From NCBI RefSeq assembly GCF_009914755.1, contig NC_060927.1: a DNA stretch of 64,000 nt; one strand, 5' to 3'. Positions within the stretch are counted from its first letter, which is position 1, and each line of letters opens with the position of its first letter. Positions 15,802-32,557 of this stretch are shown here, piece after piece. The translations under genes were made by a program, and so were the position numbers. This DNA comes from the human T2T-CHM13v2.0 reference genome, Homo sapiens. Below the pieces are notes generated by a model. That model saw nothing but the letters and a program-made list of their open reading frames with translations, did not search any database and was not told the origin of the DNA.

Positions 15802-16339
15802 TACAAAAAAAGACTCTGTGATGAGGACCCTGTCACAGAACCCAAGAAGGATGAAATCTCAGGGGTGAGATTAAGTCTCAAATGACTTTAAGACAAAGCA
15901 GAACGTCCTAAGAGTGTCGCCACAAGTTCTAATGAAACTCAGATATGGGACTGTAAGTCTGTCTAGCTATGACCCTTAGGGAGAGCTTCATGGCAAAGGA
16001 AGGTGCGGAGTGGGGGAGGGAGATCTCTTTGATCTGGGTCTGGAGGGGAAAATGCAAATTTCACAGGTGAAAATGCATTCTGAGAAGAGGAAATAGCTTG
16101 AGCAAAGGAGATAGAAAGGATAAGATATATTTAGAAATATGGGGAACAGAGGAAAACATGGGCAAAAAGTGAGTTGGGACCATCAGCTGATTCTTCATGA
16201 GGACCCTTTAATGGGAGTAACACTGGTTTGGGGTTCCAGCCCCAGCTCAGGTCCCCCCGCCCTGGGCCTCTGGGCCTGTTTTCTCATCTGTAAATGAGAG
16301 CGTTTCCCAAAGATGCTAAGTGGGGCCTCATGTTCTTCA

Positions 16340-16729
<390 letters not shown>

Positions 16730-17784
16730 TTAGAAATGTCTAAAAGCCATTGGTCTCAATAAACAAATTCCCTCTAACTGTATAATCCTATTTCTTTCTG
16801 CTGTAGGCCTGAGCGTTTGTCTGGTTTGTTATTCAAATGAAGCATGACTCATTTAGGATTTACCAGCTTGCTCCGAATTGTCTGTGGCTGTATTAAGTCA
16901 TTTGACCTGTTTCCAGTGGAAAATCCATTTTTATTTACATGCTTAGGTGAAAGAGCCTGATGGGGCCAAAAGAGTGCTAGGGAGCAAGTCCGAAGCCCTG
17001 GCTCCGTGCTGTGATAACAAACATCATTCATAAAGAAGTATAGACCAATGAATATTTGAATACATGCTAACTAGCAACACCATCTTGGGCAAGCCTCCTT
17101 GTCTCTCTGACCCATCCCTCAAATGGGAACAATGCCTACCTGGTCTGCCTCACAGCATTTCTGTGAGACTCATATGAGAGAATGCATCTGAAAGTTCTTT
17201 ACAAACCGTAGAGGGTGGTGCTAGGGGAATCAAGGCTTGGGAGAGCAGCTCTCCTGGTCGACTGTGGCGGGGCAGTTTGAGACCTCGGGAAGTGACTGAT
17301 TTTCTCCAACAGCATTTCTCGGCTTGCGTGTTTGAAAGAATAAGCAAGAAACAATTAATGCATCTGCTGCCTTTCTTAGATGTTTCACCTCACCCCAAGT
17401 CCCGTCTAGCCTTCTCAAGGTCACTGAAATGAAGCTTTGTCATGAAAACTGGCAGAAACCTACTAGAAAGAGCCCTGGCCAAGATAAACCCCAGGAGAGA
17501 CAGAGGCAGAAGGTCTCTCGTAGCTTCCGCAGATGTTGATCAGTTCCTCACATCATTTGGCCAAGGAATGAACGGGCATAATTTATGCTGCAGTTTAAGG
17601 AAGCACTGATTCTTCCATCGAACTTATTCACTGTCAGTTCATCTATTTACCAAAACTTAACCGAATGACATCTCCCTCTTGAGCCCAAACCACCATCCCT
17701 ACCAGTTTTTCTAACCTTGCATTGCTAGAGCTATTTCTCAGGTGATTTCAATATGCTAGTCTTCTCAGTGAAAGAATTGAAACA

Positions 17785-18088
17785 GGCCAGGTGCAGTGGC
17801 TTGTGCCTGTAATCCCAGCACTTTGGGAGGCCAAGGCAGGTGGATCACCTAAGGTCAGGAGTTTGAGAGCAGCCTGGCCAACATGGTGAAACCCCGTCTC
17901 TACTAAAAATACAAAAATTAGTCAGGCGTGGTGGTGCATGCCTGTAATCCCAGCTACTCAGGAGGTTGAGGCAGGAGAATCTCTTGAACCTGGGAGGTGG
18001 GGGTTGAAATGAGCCGAGATTGAGCCATTGCACTCCAGCCTGGATGACAGAGCAAGACTCTGTCTCAAAAAAAAAAAAAAAAAAAAAA
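17785..18088 (+). mobile_element. Alu (S-type)
   Basis: Full dimer; TSD aattgaaaca. Confidence 0.95.
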
Positions 18089-18523
18089 TTGAAACATCAA
18101 GAGATTGCAGCACTAGCTGGGCTGTCAAACCGGAATGACAGAAAAAATGCCTTTGTCCAAACACAATCCAACGTTCTCCATCTTATGGAAGCTACATCCC
18201 TTAGCCTGGCTGAAAGTGGCTCCAGTCTGGCCTCATTCAGGAGGCAGCAAGGACTGGTGGAAAAAACCCTGAGCTTGAGCTTGTCTCTTCTGCTCTTTAT
18301 GCCTCAGTTTCCCTTCTGGTCCAATAATGAGGTTGAACTAGTCCTGCTATAAAGCTTCACTCATTTTCTGAGGTGGCGGTGGGGCTGAGGTGTAACACTG
18401 GGGTAGGAAGGAAGCTGAAAGGATACAGCAGTTCTGCTTTTAGCAGGTTGACACATTCTGAGTAGAGTTTCCTTTGGCAAAGGATTACTGTGCTGATTAA
18501 AAAATGCTTAAAAAACACAGGCC

Positions 18524-18843
18524 TGGCTGGGCATGGTGGCTCATGCCTGTATTCCCAGCACTTTGGGAGGCCGAGGCGGGTGGATCACCTGAGGTCAGGA
18601 ATTTGAGACCAGCCTGGCCAACATGTTGAAACCCCGTCTCTACTAAAAATATAAAAATTAGCCAGGCATGGTGGTGGGCACCTGTAATCCCAGCTACTCA
18701 GGAGGCTGAGGCAAGCGAATCACCTGAACCCAGGAGGTGGAGGTTGCAGTGAGCTGAGATCTTGCATTGCACTCTAGCCTGGGAGACAAGAGTAAAACTC
18801 CATCTCAAAGAAAAAGCAAATCAAACAAACAAACAAAAAAAAA
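18524..18843 (+). mobile_element. Alu (S-type)
   Basis: Full dimer. Confidence 0.95.
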
Positions 18844-20930
18844 CCATAGGCTTTTACCTGATGACTCTGAGGCTGCCCTAACAACTTTCCTTCCCTCTAC
18901 CCTTGCGAGAAAACGTGTGTATTCTTACTGCAGTGACTTTACTCGAAACTCCCATCCCAGCACGTAATGCTCAAACTCCAGTTCCAGCCTCATCTCCTCC
19001 AAAAGCCAACGTGCCCATGAGGCTCTTCTCTGCTTCTTCTAACAACCCACTGGTTATACCAGGAGCCATGCCTGCCTTAGAGTGCCTTGTGCTGGGTGCC
19101 TCAAATGTCCCCCTACTTCCCCAACAAGATCATGAGACTGCTGGGGCAGGGACCCAGCTTGGGTCCGGCACTAACTGAGGACACAGGGATACCCAGTGAG
19201 TGACTGGATGTTGCAGAAGGCCACATCACTGACAGGGCCCTGAAGCTTGCTTAGAAGAGGGTCATACCCAACTCGGAGCCCCTCCCCATTTCCAAAGTGG
19301 GGACTGTGCAAAGAGCAGAGAGCAGGTGAATTCCCAGAGCTGGTAGAAAGTGGAGCGGGGTCTAGGACAACGCAGAATGATCCAGACGGGCTCGGCTCCC
19401 TTAATAGCTCCCCAATACCCTCTGTCCCTACTCCCAGCATGCTTTGGGTAGGCTCCATTGCCTCAGGGATTTACATAGGTTCCCTCTCCTCCTCTCTCTT
19501 CCAGTCCAGCCATTCCCTCCTGTGAAGAGACCAGATCCTGCCTCTGATCTGTCTCTGTCCCTGACACTGGACGAGATTGAGTGGGTCCCCTCTGCTCTCT
19601 GGCCCTCAGCTTCCCAGGTCTTTTCCAGAAACCTGCCACCCCATTGCATGAATGCCTTCCTAGGGTGGCCTGTTAGGTCGATCCTGCCTGTACCCTGGGG
19701 GCCTCACCATTGACTCTCCTGGGCTCCACTCCCTGTGGGGCCATTCCCCACCCCTGGGTCCTGCCAGCCACAGATGCTGAGCTCCAGTTTTCTTATCTGT
19801 AGAAGGCCAGCATCCCAGCCCTGATACTCTGAGATCCACTCAATTCAAAAGGATCTTGAATCTGCTCTGTGATGCTCTCAGCACATTAGACCACCTGTTC
19901 CCAGCCTGAGTGGATATCCCAGGCTTAGCACCCCCGGCAGGAGAGTTGAGACAAAGACAATCTTGGCTTCTCTGATATCGTTCACATTACAGACCAGGGG
20001 AGCCTGCTCTGGAACAGCAGATGCCTTGGGGTCTGATGGTATCAGTGACACTTTCTGGGAAATAGACATAATCAGCCTGACCCGCAAAAGAACATCCACT
20101 AGAGCTGGGTGCTGAGGGGGACAGTGGCCAGCATGCCTCCACTGTCGGGGGACGTCTGCAGTGTGACCTTGGAAAGAACCCACTCCCTCTTTCCCTCCTT
20201 TTCTCTCATTCACAAACATTTATTGAGCATTTCCATGGGCCAAGCCCTCTGCTAGGACTTTGGGCTTCAAAAGCATAGTCCTTGCCCTAGAGAGCCTTGT
20301 AATCTAATTGGAGAAGCAGAAATACGAACCTGTAACTATAGTATTTTCCCCCCGCCAAACCCCAGTTTTCTCAATTCAAGTGTTACTCTGTGATACTGTC
20401 AGCACATTAGAGCACCTGTTCCCACCAGTTTTGCTGAAGTGGCAGGCCACAGTCAGCAGGTGACCCGCAAAGAAGAGTTAGTGATAAATGATGACTTGAA
20501 TGGCATTGAGAGCGGTCCACAGTGTGGCTTGCTATGGCCAACAGACTGCTGTGGTTTGGTTCTTGCTCTCCAAATTTCCATTCCCTCAGCTACTGCCACC
20601 AGCAAAGCACTCGAAAGCTGTAAAGATTATTTTCAGCATGTCCAGGGGCTCTAAGAGAGACCAGGTGAAAGACAGATTATACTGTTGGTACTAGAGCCAG
20701 CACGAAACTCAAGCTCCTCTGATTGTTGGTCCAGGCTCTCTACAGCCCCACCGACTCCACATCCTTCCCTTCCTTGGCTAGAAATTGAGGAATATGAAAT
20801 ACATGTCTGGGTGAATAACAGGCTGTCAGGTTAAAACTGTTCCACAGGATTTCAAATGACCTGGAATTAGGTGGCCTGGGGTAGTACTTAACTAATGTTT
20901 TTCTGGCTGGTGGAAAATCTCAGATGTTAG

Positions 20931-21243
<313 letters not shown>

Positions 21244-22005
21244 TGAGAATTCCTTCCTTTCACATCCACATCTTTCTCTGTCTCACACATGCCCCATACT
21301 AGCCATCCTCCTTCCTCTCTGTTTCTCAAATTGAAACACAATTAAGGACAAAGAAAATACTCAGGTTATTGGACACATTTGCAAATCTTCACAATCCCAC
21401 AGAGGGCCTTTAGCCCCCGATGAGAACCAGTGGCATAATAACCCCTCTTGGGAACCAGCGTCATTCTCCCGATTCTCTGTTATGCATCAGTCTTGGTCAC
21501 CTTTCTTTTCTTTTCTTTTTCACGCTTGTCTCTGCTTGGTATCCTCTAGAATTTGGTTTTCAATGTCCTTGCCTTACATTTGCAACATCTTCAGAGAAAG
21601 TGGTCCTAGCCCATCCCAGCTCCCACAGGCTGGTATTTCTAGTTTCCTGGCCAAGGAGGGCACACCTTTCAGGTACACAGAGATACAAAGGCTGCCAAAT
21701 ATTTCTCATTGCATTGTTTAGCTGGAGTATCTCAGGCCAGAGACAGGGACATGACCAGGCAAACTTCAGAGGAAGTTGTGAAGCTGTGAGAGGTCTTGGA
21801 ATAAAAAAATGGATCTAGAGCTCTTCTATTGCTGAATGGGCCATGTGACTGCTGCCCATTCTATCAAAGTGCAAGCCAAACCAGTCCCTTCCCTTAGAGC
21901 TTCCATAGATGAGAGGGTACAGGGAAGCAGGAGGGATGGGGTTGTTTTTACTCTTGCACACCAGCTAAATATCAGCGCTGGTCTCCAGAGTAGAGAAGCC
22001 CTCTA

Positions 22006-22470
<465 letters not shown>

Positions 22471-24200
22471 TCATCTTCAATGGCACTGCTGTTTTGCAGG
22501 ACAGCTTTTGACTCGACATAGAACAATATCCGGCAGTTTCTTCCTGACATTGCTGGATGAACATTGAGGCACATGATGAATTGTTGTGCTGAGAAACTCT
22601 GAGATGTTGCATGGGTCACGGCTGCTGTGAGAGTGACTCACAGAAGCCCAGACCTGCCTGGGAGGCAGGAAGGGCAGCATTGAGGGACTGACGGGCCCTG
22701 GGCCATGACAAACAGAAGCAGATGGGATGAGGCCCACAGGGACATTGTGTCATTCACTGGGTGACCTGAGCATTACCAGAGGCAGACGAGACTGCCAGGA
22801 AGAGCACTGTTCTCTCATCTGGTGGGTTTGCAAACCTTTTTCTTTTACTATTTTCTTAAAAGAAACCTCTTCTGAATTCTGTCTGTGGCTTTGGTTGGGA
22901 TCCAGCCAAGCTTTAGTTTAAAAATAAGACATATTACATTGTTACGGAATTATCAAGCTTTGGTCAACGTCGACATCAACATCATTAGCAAAACATGACT
23001 CAGGTGTTCGGCTGGGCAGACCCTCGCACATGGCAATCTAAATGAATAAGCACACTTCCTTCTCATTTTTGAGAATGTAGCTGAGAAGCAAAAATGAATA
23101 CTGATGTGGATGAAAATGTAAAAGGCTTGCAGACACATACCGTGCACACCAAATTTCGGCACACAACATTAAGAAGGAATAAAAGGTAAGGTGCCTGATC
23201 CTTCGTCACACGTGTACCCATCTGATGGCATGCTGATGCCCATCAGTTGAGGTCGGTGGCGAGAGAAGGGTGGATTTGAAGGGTCATTTCAAATTCTTCT
23301 GAGTCAAAGTGGCCTAGACCAGGAGCCCCCGAGCAGAGACCATGGCTTTTAATTTTGAATCTTCACCATCCAACCCGGGGCCGAGTAGCTAGGCAGTAGT
23401 TTGATTGTAGTAACTCTTATCTTACTGTCATTATAATCTCTGCTGTTGAATGTCCCTGCATCACCTTCTAACTACCCCACCATACGAGGCTGTCATAAAT
23501 GAGGGTTGATACTCACAGGTGTCTTCAGCTTGTCTCATTTTGTGGGAAGTGCACCATATCACTGTTCTGGAAGCTTTTTTCTCCAGAATTCCATAAGCTG
23601 GAACAACTATTTATGAACCTCATTTATAAGAGATGACAGTTGCCAGTAGTACAATGAAATACATGCTGTGAGAAAATGAAGTGTTCTAATCAATTAAACA
23701 TACGTACAAGGCAGAATGAACTTTTATATCCCTCTAACCGGTACCCCAGTCCCCTGGCCTTTCCTGGGGCCTATGATAAGCCAAAGCTAGGCCAGCTCAA
23801 AGGAGAGGGAGAGTAGCGATTCTGTAAGAATATCCATACACAGGAACTGCGCCAAGGGGAGGCCAGCTGGACAGAGAGCAAGGTTAGCCTGCCTTCTAAA
23901 ATCCACCGGCCTGCTTCTCCCACCGGCCCCCAGCACAGTTCCTGCCCAGGTAAAGCAGAACCCAATGTGACCAAAAGCCTGACCTGGACCCAAGGCATGG
24001 CCTGGGAGTGGGAGCAGTAGGTTGAGGAGGTCCGAAGGGGCAGGAATTGGGGTGTGGGTGGGGAGTGAAAGGAGAGAAGGCCAAATGTGGGGGGAGGCCC
24101 TCAGGCCAAGCTGGAAGGACCTGGGGCTGAGGAGTGCCCAGGGATTCCCCGACTGGACCCCTGACCTTCCCATACTCTGACTGGGAAGACATAGTGCAAT

Positions 24201-24487
24201 CTTTTCTTCGAGACAGAGTCTCGCTCTGTCACCCAGGCTGGAGTGCAGTGGCGTGATCTCAGCTCACTGCAAGCTCTGCCTCCTGGTTCAAGCGATTCTC
24301 CTGCCTCAGCCTCCCGAGTAGCTGGATTACAGGTGTGTGCTACCACACCTGGCTAATTTTTGTATTTTGGGTAGCAACAGGGTTTCACCATGTTGGCCAG
24401 GCTGGTCTCAAACTCCTGACCTCGTGATCCGCCCATCTCGGCCTCCCAAAGTGCTGGGATTACAGGCGTGAGCCTCCGCGCCCAGCC
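24201..24487 (-). mobile_element. Alu
   Basis: Full dimer, reverse. Confidence 0.95.
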
Positions 24488-25833
24488 CGACACAACTCAA
24501 TCTTGAAGGGCTGTTTTGTACATCCTTCTGGATGCAATGGTGCATGGATAGGCTAAGAGTACACTTGTGTTATAAATTGAAAACCACTGCTCCCGTCCAC
24601 TCTTCAGATGGACGTTCTGGGTTTGTTTTACATGTGTTTTTCCTTTCTTTCATAAAAGAAAAGGAATCATGTTGTCATCAGTTTTTTAAAGTTTGTCCCC
24701 AGCTCCCTCTACTTTTTCTGTGTCTGATGGGGGCCAGCCAGTCACAAGGACCTCACCATACTAGCAGGGTGCGGCCTTCTAAATGGGCATTTGTGAAGCT
24801 CTGGGTGCTGGCTGGGCAGGGCAGGGTCAGAGAAATGCAAAGTATTCCAGGCATTAGCCCCGGAATTTACTCCCAGCCTCTCCTCTGCCCACATCATAGC
24901 CCCACCAGGCTGCAGTCTTCTCCCCTTGGAGCAGAAGGTGCCCCAAGGCCTCTCTTGGAGATTTTACCCTGTTGGCTCATCAGGAGAGAGGAAGAGAGGC
25001 TAGGATCAGAGGAAATGCCTAATGAATTACCATGAGGAAAGAAGAAGCAGAATGTGAGCAGCTGCCTCTGCTGGTTAGGTCCAGAGAAAAGATGTTTCTG
25101 GATCTATGATTTAGGTGGGCAGGCAAGCAAGCAATAGGAGAGCCCGCAGCCAGGGGAGAGAAAACTCCTGGGAGTTTCTGCTTTCTGAAGCCGGGGGCAG
25201 TTTGCCCAGCCAGGCTGGAGGTGATGCCAGAGGGCCTCGATTTGGGGGTGCCACCTCCTGAGTACAGCAAATGGACCTGACACCCTCAGTGAAGTCAAGA
25301 TAAGAGGAAGGCTGGATGCCAAATGGGGACAAAGGATTAAAATAGGCTTTGGGGGCTGTTCTAACCCAAGGAGAGGAAACACGAGAGAAAAAAAACATCC
25401 CTGAGTGACAGCCCCACAGATTCCCAGAAGTGGGATGGGAGTGGAGAGGGCTCATTATAAGCTGTTCCTTTTGCAAACCTGGGTGAGCTGCTAGAGCTTC
25501 TAGAGAACGAACATCCCAGGACATCTGGAATGAAGTGGGCGTGGGGAGACCCTATGATATCAACTCCACTGACAAATTGCAGTTTACCAAGCATGGTCAA
25601 AACCAGCATCCCACAGCACGTGACAACGGTCCTGGGGCAGTGTCATCATCACGCTGCACCTGTTTTACAGATGAGGAGACTCAGACATGTGCGAGGACTT
25701 GGCCTGCATAGGTGGGCTTCAAAGAGAGGTGTGAGGACCACTGGTCAGTACGAGGTGATTTCGTGCTGCAAGGGTAAATTATTATGCTAATAGACACATA
25801 TTTACTGTAATGAGCTTTTAAAAATATAATTAG

Positions 25834-26184
<351 letters not shown>

Positions 26185-27065
26185 TAAAGTTGGTTTCAAC
26201 AAAGTGGTAAAGAAATCATATTACATATGGCAATGGGTTTTCCTTTTTTAAAAGTGCAAAGGTGGGAAACTATGTACTGAATGGTGGTAGTGATGATGGT
26301 GATGATGATGATGATGATAGCAAACTATCATCATCATCAAGTTTTATAACACTCGGTGCCAAGCACCTTGCATATATTAAATTATTTATTCTTGTGACAT
26401 CTCACGAGGTAGGGATAATGATGACTTCATTTGACACACGAGGCTTTAGGGAGGCACAGGGTAAGGGTGGAGGGCTACATCCAGGTGCTCAGACCGCAGT
26501 GCACTCACTCCTGAAGGCGGCTATGGAGGCCCCTGGCCAGAGGCCCAGGTGCAGGGGTGTTGAGAACATGCCTGCTGGAATGGGGAGGGAGTCCGTGTAT
26601 GCCCTCTCTGCTTCCGATGCAGAACTACAGGAGATGCCATATTTCACAATGGCATTGCTTTCCAAAGCAAATGGGGACAATCTGGTGGCCACAGTAAGGT
26701 GGTTTCATGAGCAGCTCCAGCAGCATTCTGCTTTGCACTTTGGGCAGAGGCTGCATTGCGCAGCTAATGGGAGGGCCTCGGGCGGAATCTAGCTAAGTCC
26801 ATTTCAGACTGGCCTTGCTGCCAGCCCGCTAAACTCTTCCAGATGATTCTGGCTGGGTTTGAGAGGCTTTACCAGACAGGTTGTCTCTGTGTTAGAGGAG
26901 GGGAGGAGGATGTCTGCAAAATGTCTGAAGAGAGGGAAGAAGAGAACTCTGAGATCAGGTGGCTGCTGCAAAGGCTCACATGACGAAGGCGGATTGGGGA
27001 GAGGAACGAAGAGACAATAGGGCTAGTGGGTCCTAAGAACCTCTCAGCCAAGAGCACAAAACACA

Positions 27066-27181
27066 GCTGTGCTAGATGGGTGTAATGGCATGCACCCAGT
27101 CCCAGCTACTCAGGAGGCTGAGGTGGGGAGGGCCAATATGCTGCCAGCCTGGGCAACACAGCGAAATTCCATCTCTAAAAA
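27066..27181 (+). mobile_element. Degenerate Alu monomer (FLAM-like)
   Basis: gtcccagctactcaggaggctgaggtggg...ccagcctgggcaacacag. Confidence 0.7.
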
Positions 27182-27254
27182 GGAAGCCACAAAGGCCACA
27201 GTTGTGCTTCTTACTGTTCACACAATTGGTCAAAAATCTTCCAGCGCATCCTCT

Positions 27255-27480
27255 CATTCAGCGTAGCATTTAAGAGCAAGAGCTCTGGAATCCTAGATTC
27301 ACCTCTCATTAGCTAGATGGCCTTGCTGAGGTCATTTAACCCCTCTGGGACTCAGTTTCTCCATCTGAAAAGTAGGAATAATAAAAGTGTCTCTCGTAGG
27401 GTACAGTAAAGATTACATGTGATGGTCTTGGCGCAGTACGGGACGTGTGTGAAGTACCTGCTGGTGGTAGCTGTCACTGT
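27255..27480 (+). mobile_element. MIR SINE
   Basis: gtcatttaacccctctgggactcagtttctccatctgaaaagtaggaataataa. Confidence 0.7.
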
Positions 27481-27689
27481 TGGCATCCCCCAGGTCACTG
27501 CCCCTCTGAGGAGACCCCATCTGGCTTGGATTTGTAAGTCCAGGCTGACCTACCACAGCAAAATTTTAGAAAATTCTTACTTTGATTAGTTAATGTCCCT
27601 TTTAATTTTTTAAAAAAGGTGTACATGGGCAAACGTACTGATTTCATGGGATATTTAAGCCAAAGTTAAGATATCAAAGTGGCCAGAAA

Positions 27690-28932
27690 AGGGTTCCAAA
27701 GTTGAATTCATGGTTTTTCTCTCTCAAACCCTGCTTTTCCTCCCGTGTTCCCTGTCTTAGTAAATAACTCCTCTAAGTGCTGGGAGGGTCTAGAAAATGA
27801 CACCTCTTTTCTGTTTCCAGGTCCTGATCAGACTGGCTACGCCCTCCTTAGCTGACACTGCCTCCCACATTGCAGGCTTCTGAGGGGTGTGGGGTGGATA
27901 CAGCCGGCCCCACCAAGCTCACTGTGTGGCCCAGAGAGCAGAGAGATCACATCTGTCTGTGGCAGGCAGGGGTGATCTGAAAACCCAAAAGGCACTGAGC
28001 CACCCCAGTCCAGTTCCTCCTCCCTAATACACCATCATATAAGGAGCGAGGGGCTGTTACGCTAACAGAAGACCCTCCACCAGGAAACATGAGGAGTGGG
28101 GAATGAGTGTTCCTCTAACACCATCCACCACAAACCTCAGAGTCACCTTAGACACACAGTCTCCCTCACCCCTACCTCACTCCATATTCTGCCTGTCACC
28201 AAGTCCTGTCAATTTCACTTCCAAACTAGGTCTTGACTCTGCTCTCTTGACTCTATTATACAGCCACTAGTCCAAGACAGTATTTATTAACTCTCACCTG
28301 GACTGCTTACAGGCCCCCTCATCCACTTTTGCTGTCTCTGATCTGTTCACACTGCAGGCCCCAACTCTCCTGACATGATTTTTAACAGTTCTTTGTTGCT
28401 CTTTGGTAAAAACTAAAATCCATCATGTGTGCCTGATGCCCTGCTGGTCTAGCCCCTGCCTACCTCCCCAGCCTCGGGCAGCACCACCATCCCTCTCACC
28501 CCCAGTGGGAGCTCCAGCCACCCTGCTTTGATTTCACGGAGAAGACAGGCTTCATTCTACTCAGAACCCTTTCTCGTGCTTTCTCTCTGCGTAGAATGCC
28601 CACCCTTCCTTTCTTCCAACCTTCCTTCCTCCCTTTCCCTCCCTCCCACCGACTCTCACTCATCCTCCACATCTGAACTCAAATGTCACCTTTCCAAGGA
28701 AGCTTCCCAGACAAGATCAGATCTCCCTACTAAAGATTCAAGGTTTTGTGATCATTTCTTTCATAGTATTGAGAGTTGATAATAAGATAATTGTTTGATT
28801 CTTTGATCAATCTCTGTGTCCCCATGATACTCTAAGCTCCATGAAGACAGTGGTTTTTTTCACCCCTCAGCCCCTGGCATAGTAACTGGCACATAGTAGA
28901 TGCCTGGTAAATATTTGTTGATTGATTGAATT
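27690..28932 (+). mobile_element. L2 LINE fragments (interrupted)
   Basis: ctcaaatgtcacctttccaaggaagcttccc ... ctggcacatagtagatgcctggtaaatatttgttgattgattgaat (L2 3' end). Confidence 0.7.
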
Positions 28933-30475
28933 AGACAGAAAAATTATTGTAGAAAAAAATGTGATCCCAGTGAATGGTTCTGGAGATCAAATGTCCCTTT
29001 TCCAGGAAAGTGGGGCAGGCTAGGGAGACATGGGATAGGTTGTTTGTGTGTGAGTGGTGGAGGGTGCAGGGGAAAAGGGTTTGTCTGGGATCAGAGTTCA
29101 GCAGCTGGCAGCTCAACTGGTTGCATGGGAAACGTGATTATAGTGTCAGGAGGGATTAATGGAGTGGAGCAAAGGAGGTGGTTCCTGGTAGAGCCCTTCC
29201 CAGATCAGATGCATATGGGATTTGAAACCTGGAGGGAGGAACAGGAAAATGCAGTTGTTGGCAACAGCCACAGCAAACATCACCAACGTTTCTCTGGGGT
29301 GTAGGCTCCTCCAGGTTGCCGCACCCACATGTGAGAGGCCTTTGTCATTTCATGGGATGCACAGCACCTGCATTCCCTTTTTAGTCTTGGGAAATCCCCA
29401 TGGCATGTGTCTTTCTGGGAGGCAGCCAGATTTGTTTTTCAAACCTGGTTCTCCAGAACTTTGTGGTGGGTCTCAATGCTACCCAATATCCTTGAATAAA
29501 TTCCTTTTCTGCTTAAGTCAGCCAAAATGAGTTTCTCTTGTTTGCAGCCAAGAACCATGACTGGTTTAGTCTGGGGCCAGCAGGGAAGTGATGTTCGGCT
29601 TCTGCACGTAGCCAAGCACGTGGGTGCCACACATGCAGACACTCCGAGAGTGGACGGCGCCACTTTGGCGGCCTGAAAGTTAGGGGCTCCTCAGGAATGC
29701 GGCAGGGGGATGGTGACCATCTAGAGCCAGGAAGAGTCTTTAGATGGACTTGGGTGGAGGCCACAGCAGAGAAATCATTCTATTGTTGAGACATGTCCGT
29801 GGGTGGGACACCTGGTACACCCCAGACTGGGGCCTGGGAAGCACCTTTCAGTCGGAGGCCCAAGAACCCACAGCTGGCTCACGGCCTCGTGGGAATGCAA
29901 ACCCTACCCCTCCCGGGACTTCTGGTACTTGTTGTGCTTTTCCTGAACAGACTGCACTCTAGTATCTGTTCAAGATACTTTTCCACTTCCATGACCCTGA
30001 GTCTACTACAAAGACTAAAATATGGGAGGAAATCATCAGAGCCAGAGTGCACTCACCACACTTCCCACACCTCAAATAATCGGATGTCAGAGCAGGGAAG
30101 GCCCCTGGGACCATCAAGTCTTGGGGTCTCAGATGTCAGTGGGCCTCAGAATCACCCAGGAGACTACTTCACATCATGGGTTCCCATGGATTTCCCCAAG
30201 CCCAGAGCTGATCCTCTCGGCCTGCTGTGAAGCCCCAGGATCTGGGTTTTGTACAAACTTTTCAAGCGATTCTCATATGAGTTGTTTAAATACAGTGATT
30301 TTCATCCTTCATCTCATCTTACAGAAGAAGAAACAGACTCAAAAAGAAATTTCCTCCTGACCAAAACCCCCCAGAGAATTGATTGCTGAGCTGAACACTG
30401 ACCTCAGGCTTCCTGACACCCACTTTCCTAGGCTGGCCGGGCTCGGCTGGGGCATGGAGAGTGTCAGTTGCATGA

Positions 30476-30792
<317 letters not shown>

Positions 30793-31789
30793 GCCCTCCT
30801 TGCTTTTATAAGACGGGCTGCCTGTCATGGGAAAATGCTGAAAATAGGGACAGATACCCAGTGCTTATCTTGGCCAGAAAGGCTGCTATGGCCTTAGTGG
30901 AGCCGGAAACCCCGTAGACAAAGCCAGAAATGGATACAGCAGGACCCTCAGCCCAGGTTCCAGTTCTGGGTCTCCCAGTGATGTGCTGTGACCTTGGACA
31001 AGTCACCCCACTCCCTGAGTCTCAGTTTTGTCCAGTTTATAAAATAGGGACAACCCTGCTGTCTGCTGTCTGTCCTGCCTACCTTGCCGGCCTCTGATGT
31101 GAGTGTACTTTGAAAACTCCCAAGTACTGCCCAAGCAGAAGGGATTACTGACACTGGAGGTGTGACTAGAATACTAATTTCCACCCAGGGTCCCCTGAGG
31201 ACATGCTGGGCCCATCTTGGAAACAGTAGAGGAAGCTAAGAAGCTGCCAGCAAAGCTGGAGGAGATTGTCAGAGCCTTATGGGCTGGCTGGCAGGGAGAG
31301 CCCTTCTGCTCACACAGCCCATTTTCTTCATGCTCCTGTGTCAGGGAAGGTGCCATGGATGAGGACACTCACGGCGGCAACTGTGTGTGTGTGTGTGCTG
31401 GATGAGGGTGGGGTATGGGAAGTCACTGGATCAGGGCCCTCCTGCCTCTGGCCTGGTGCTGCCAGGACCCTCCCCCCATCTCTTACAGTGTCCTGACTCA
31501 GGAGCCCTGGGAAGTACTCAGAGGATCCCCAGGGAACCCCAGGAAGTCACCCCCCACCCTTTCATGCCTGTTTTGGCTGTTGCAGCAGGTTTGAGAGAGT
31601 GGATGAGCTCAGTCACCCTCTTTCCTTCCTACCACATCAGAACCATTCTCCCAGCTGGTGGGAGTCCCTATTCTCTTTACGTTATGAGGATGCCAGGATG
31701 CTCACACAATGCTGCAAAACACTTGCTTTGTCACCTGGTCCAAGTCCCTTTATCTCTCTGAGCCTTTTTCTCATCTGTAAAAGAGGGGA

Positions 31790-32380
<591 letters not shown>

Positions 32381-32557
32381 TCAGCCTAGAGGCTCTGAGA
32401 GAAGACGTGTCAGACTCAGGGGCATCACGGTGGTGAAACCCGGAGAAAAGTTTTCAGAGACCTAAGCAGACACATTCCTGGGCCCAGGTGTGAAGTCGTC
32501 TAGGCCAGTGGGTCTCAAACTCAAACATTTTTAGCAGAACGCTTCCGTGTCAGATAC

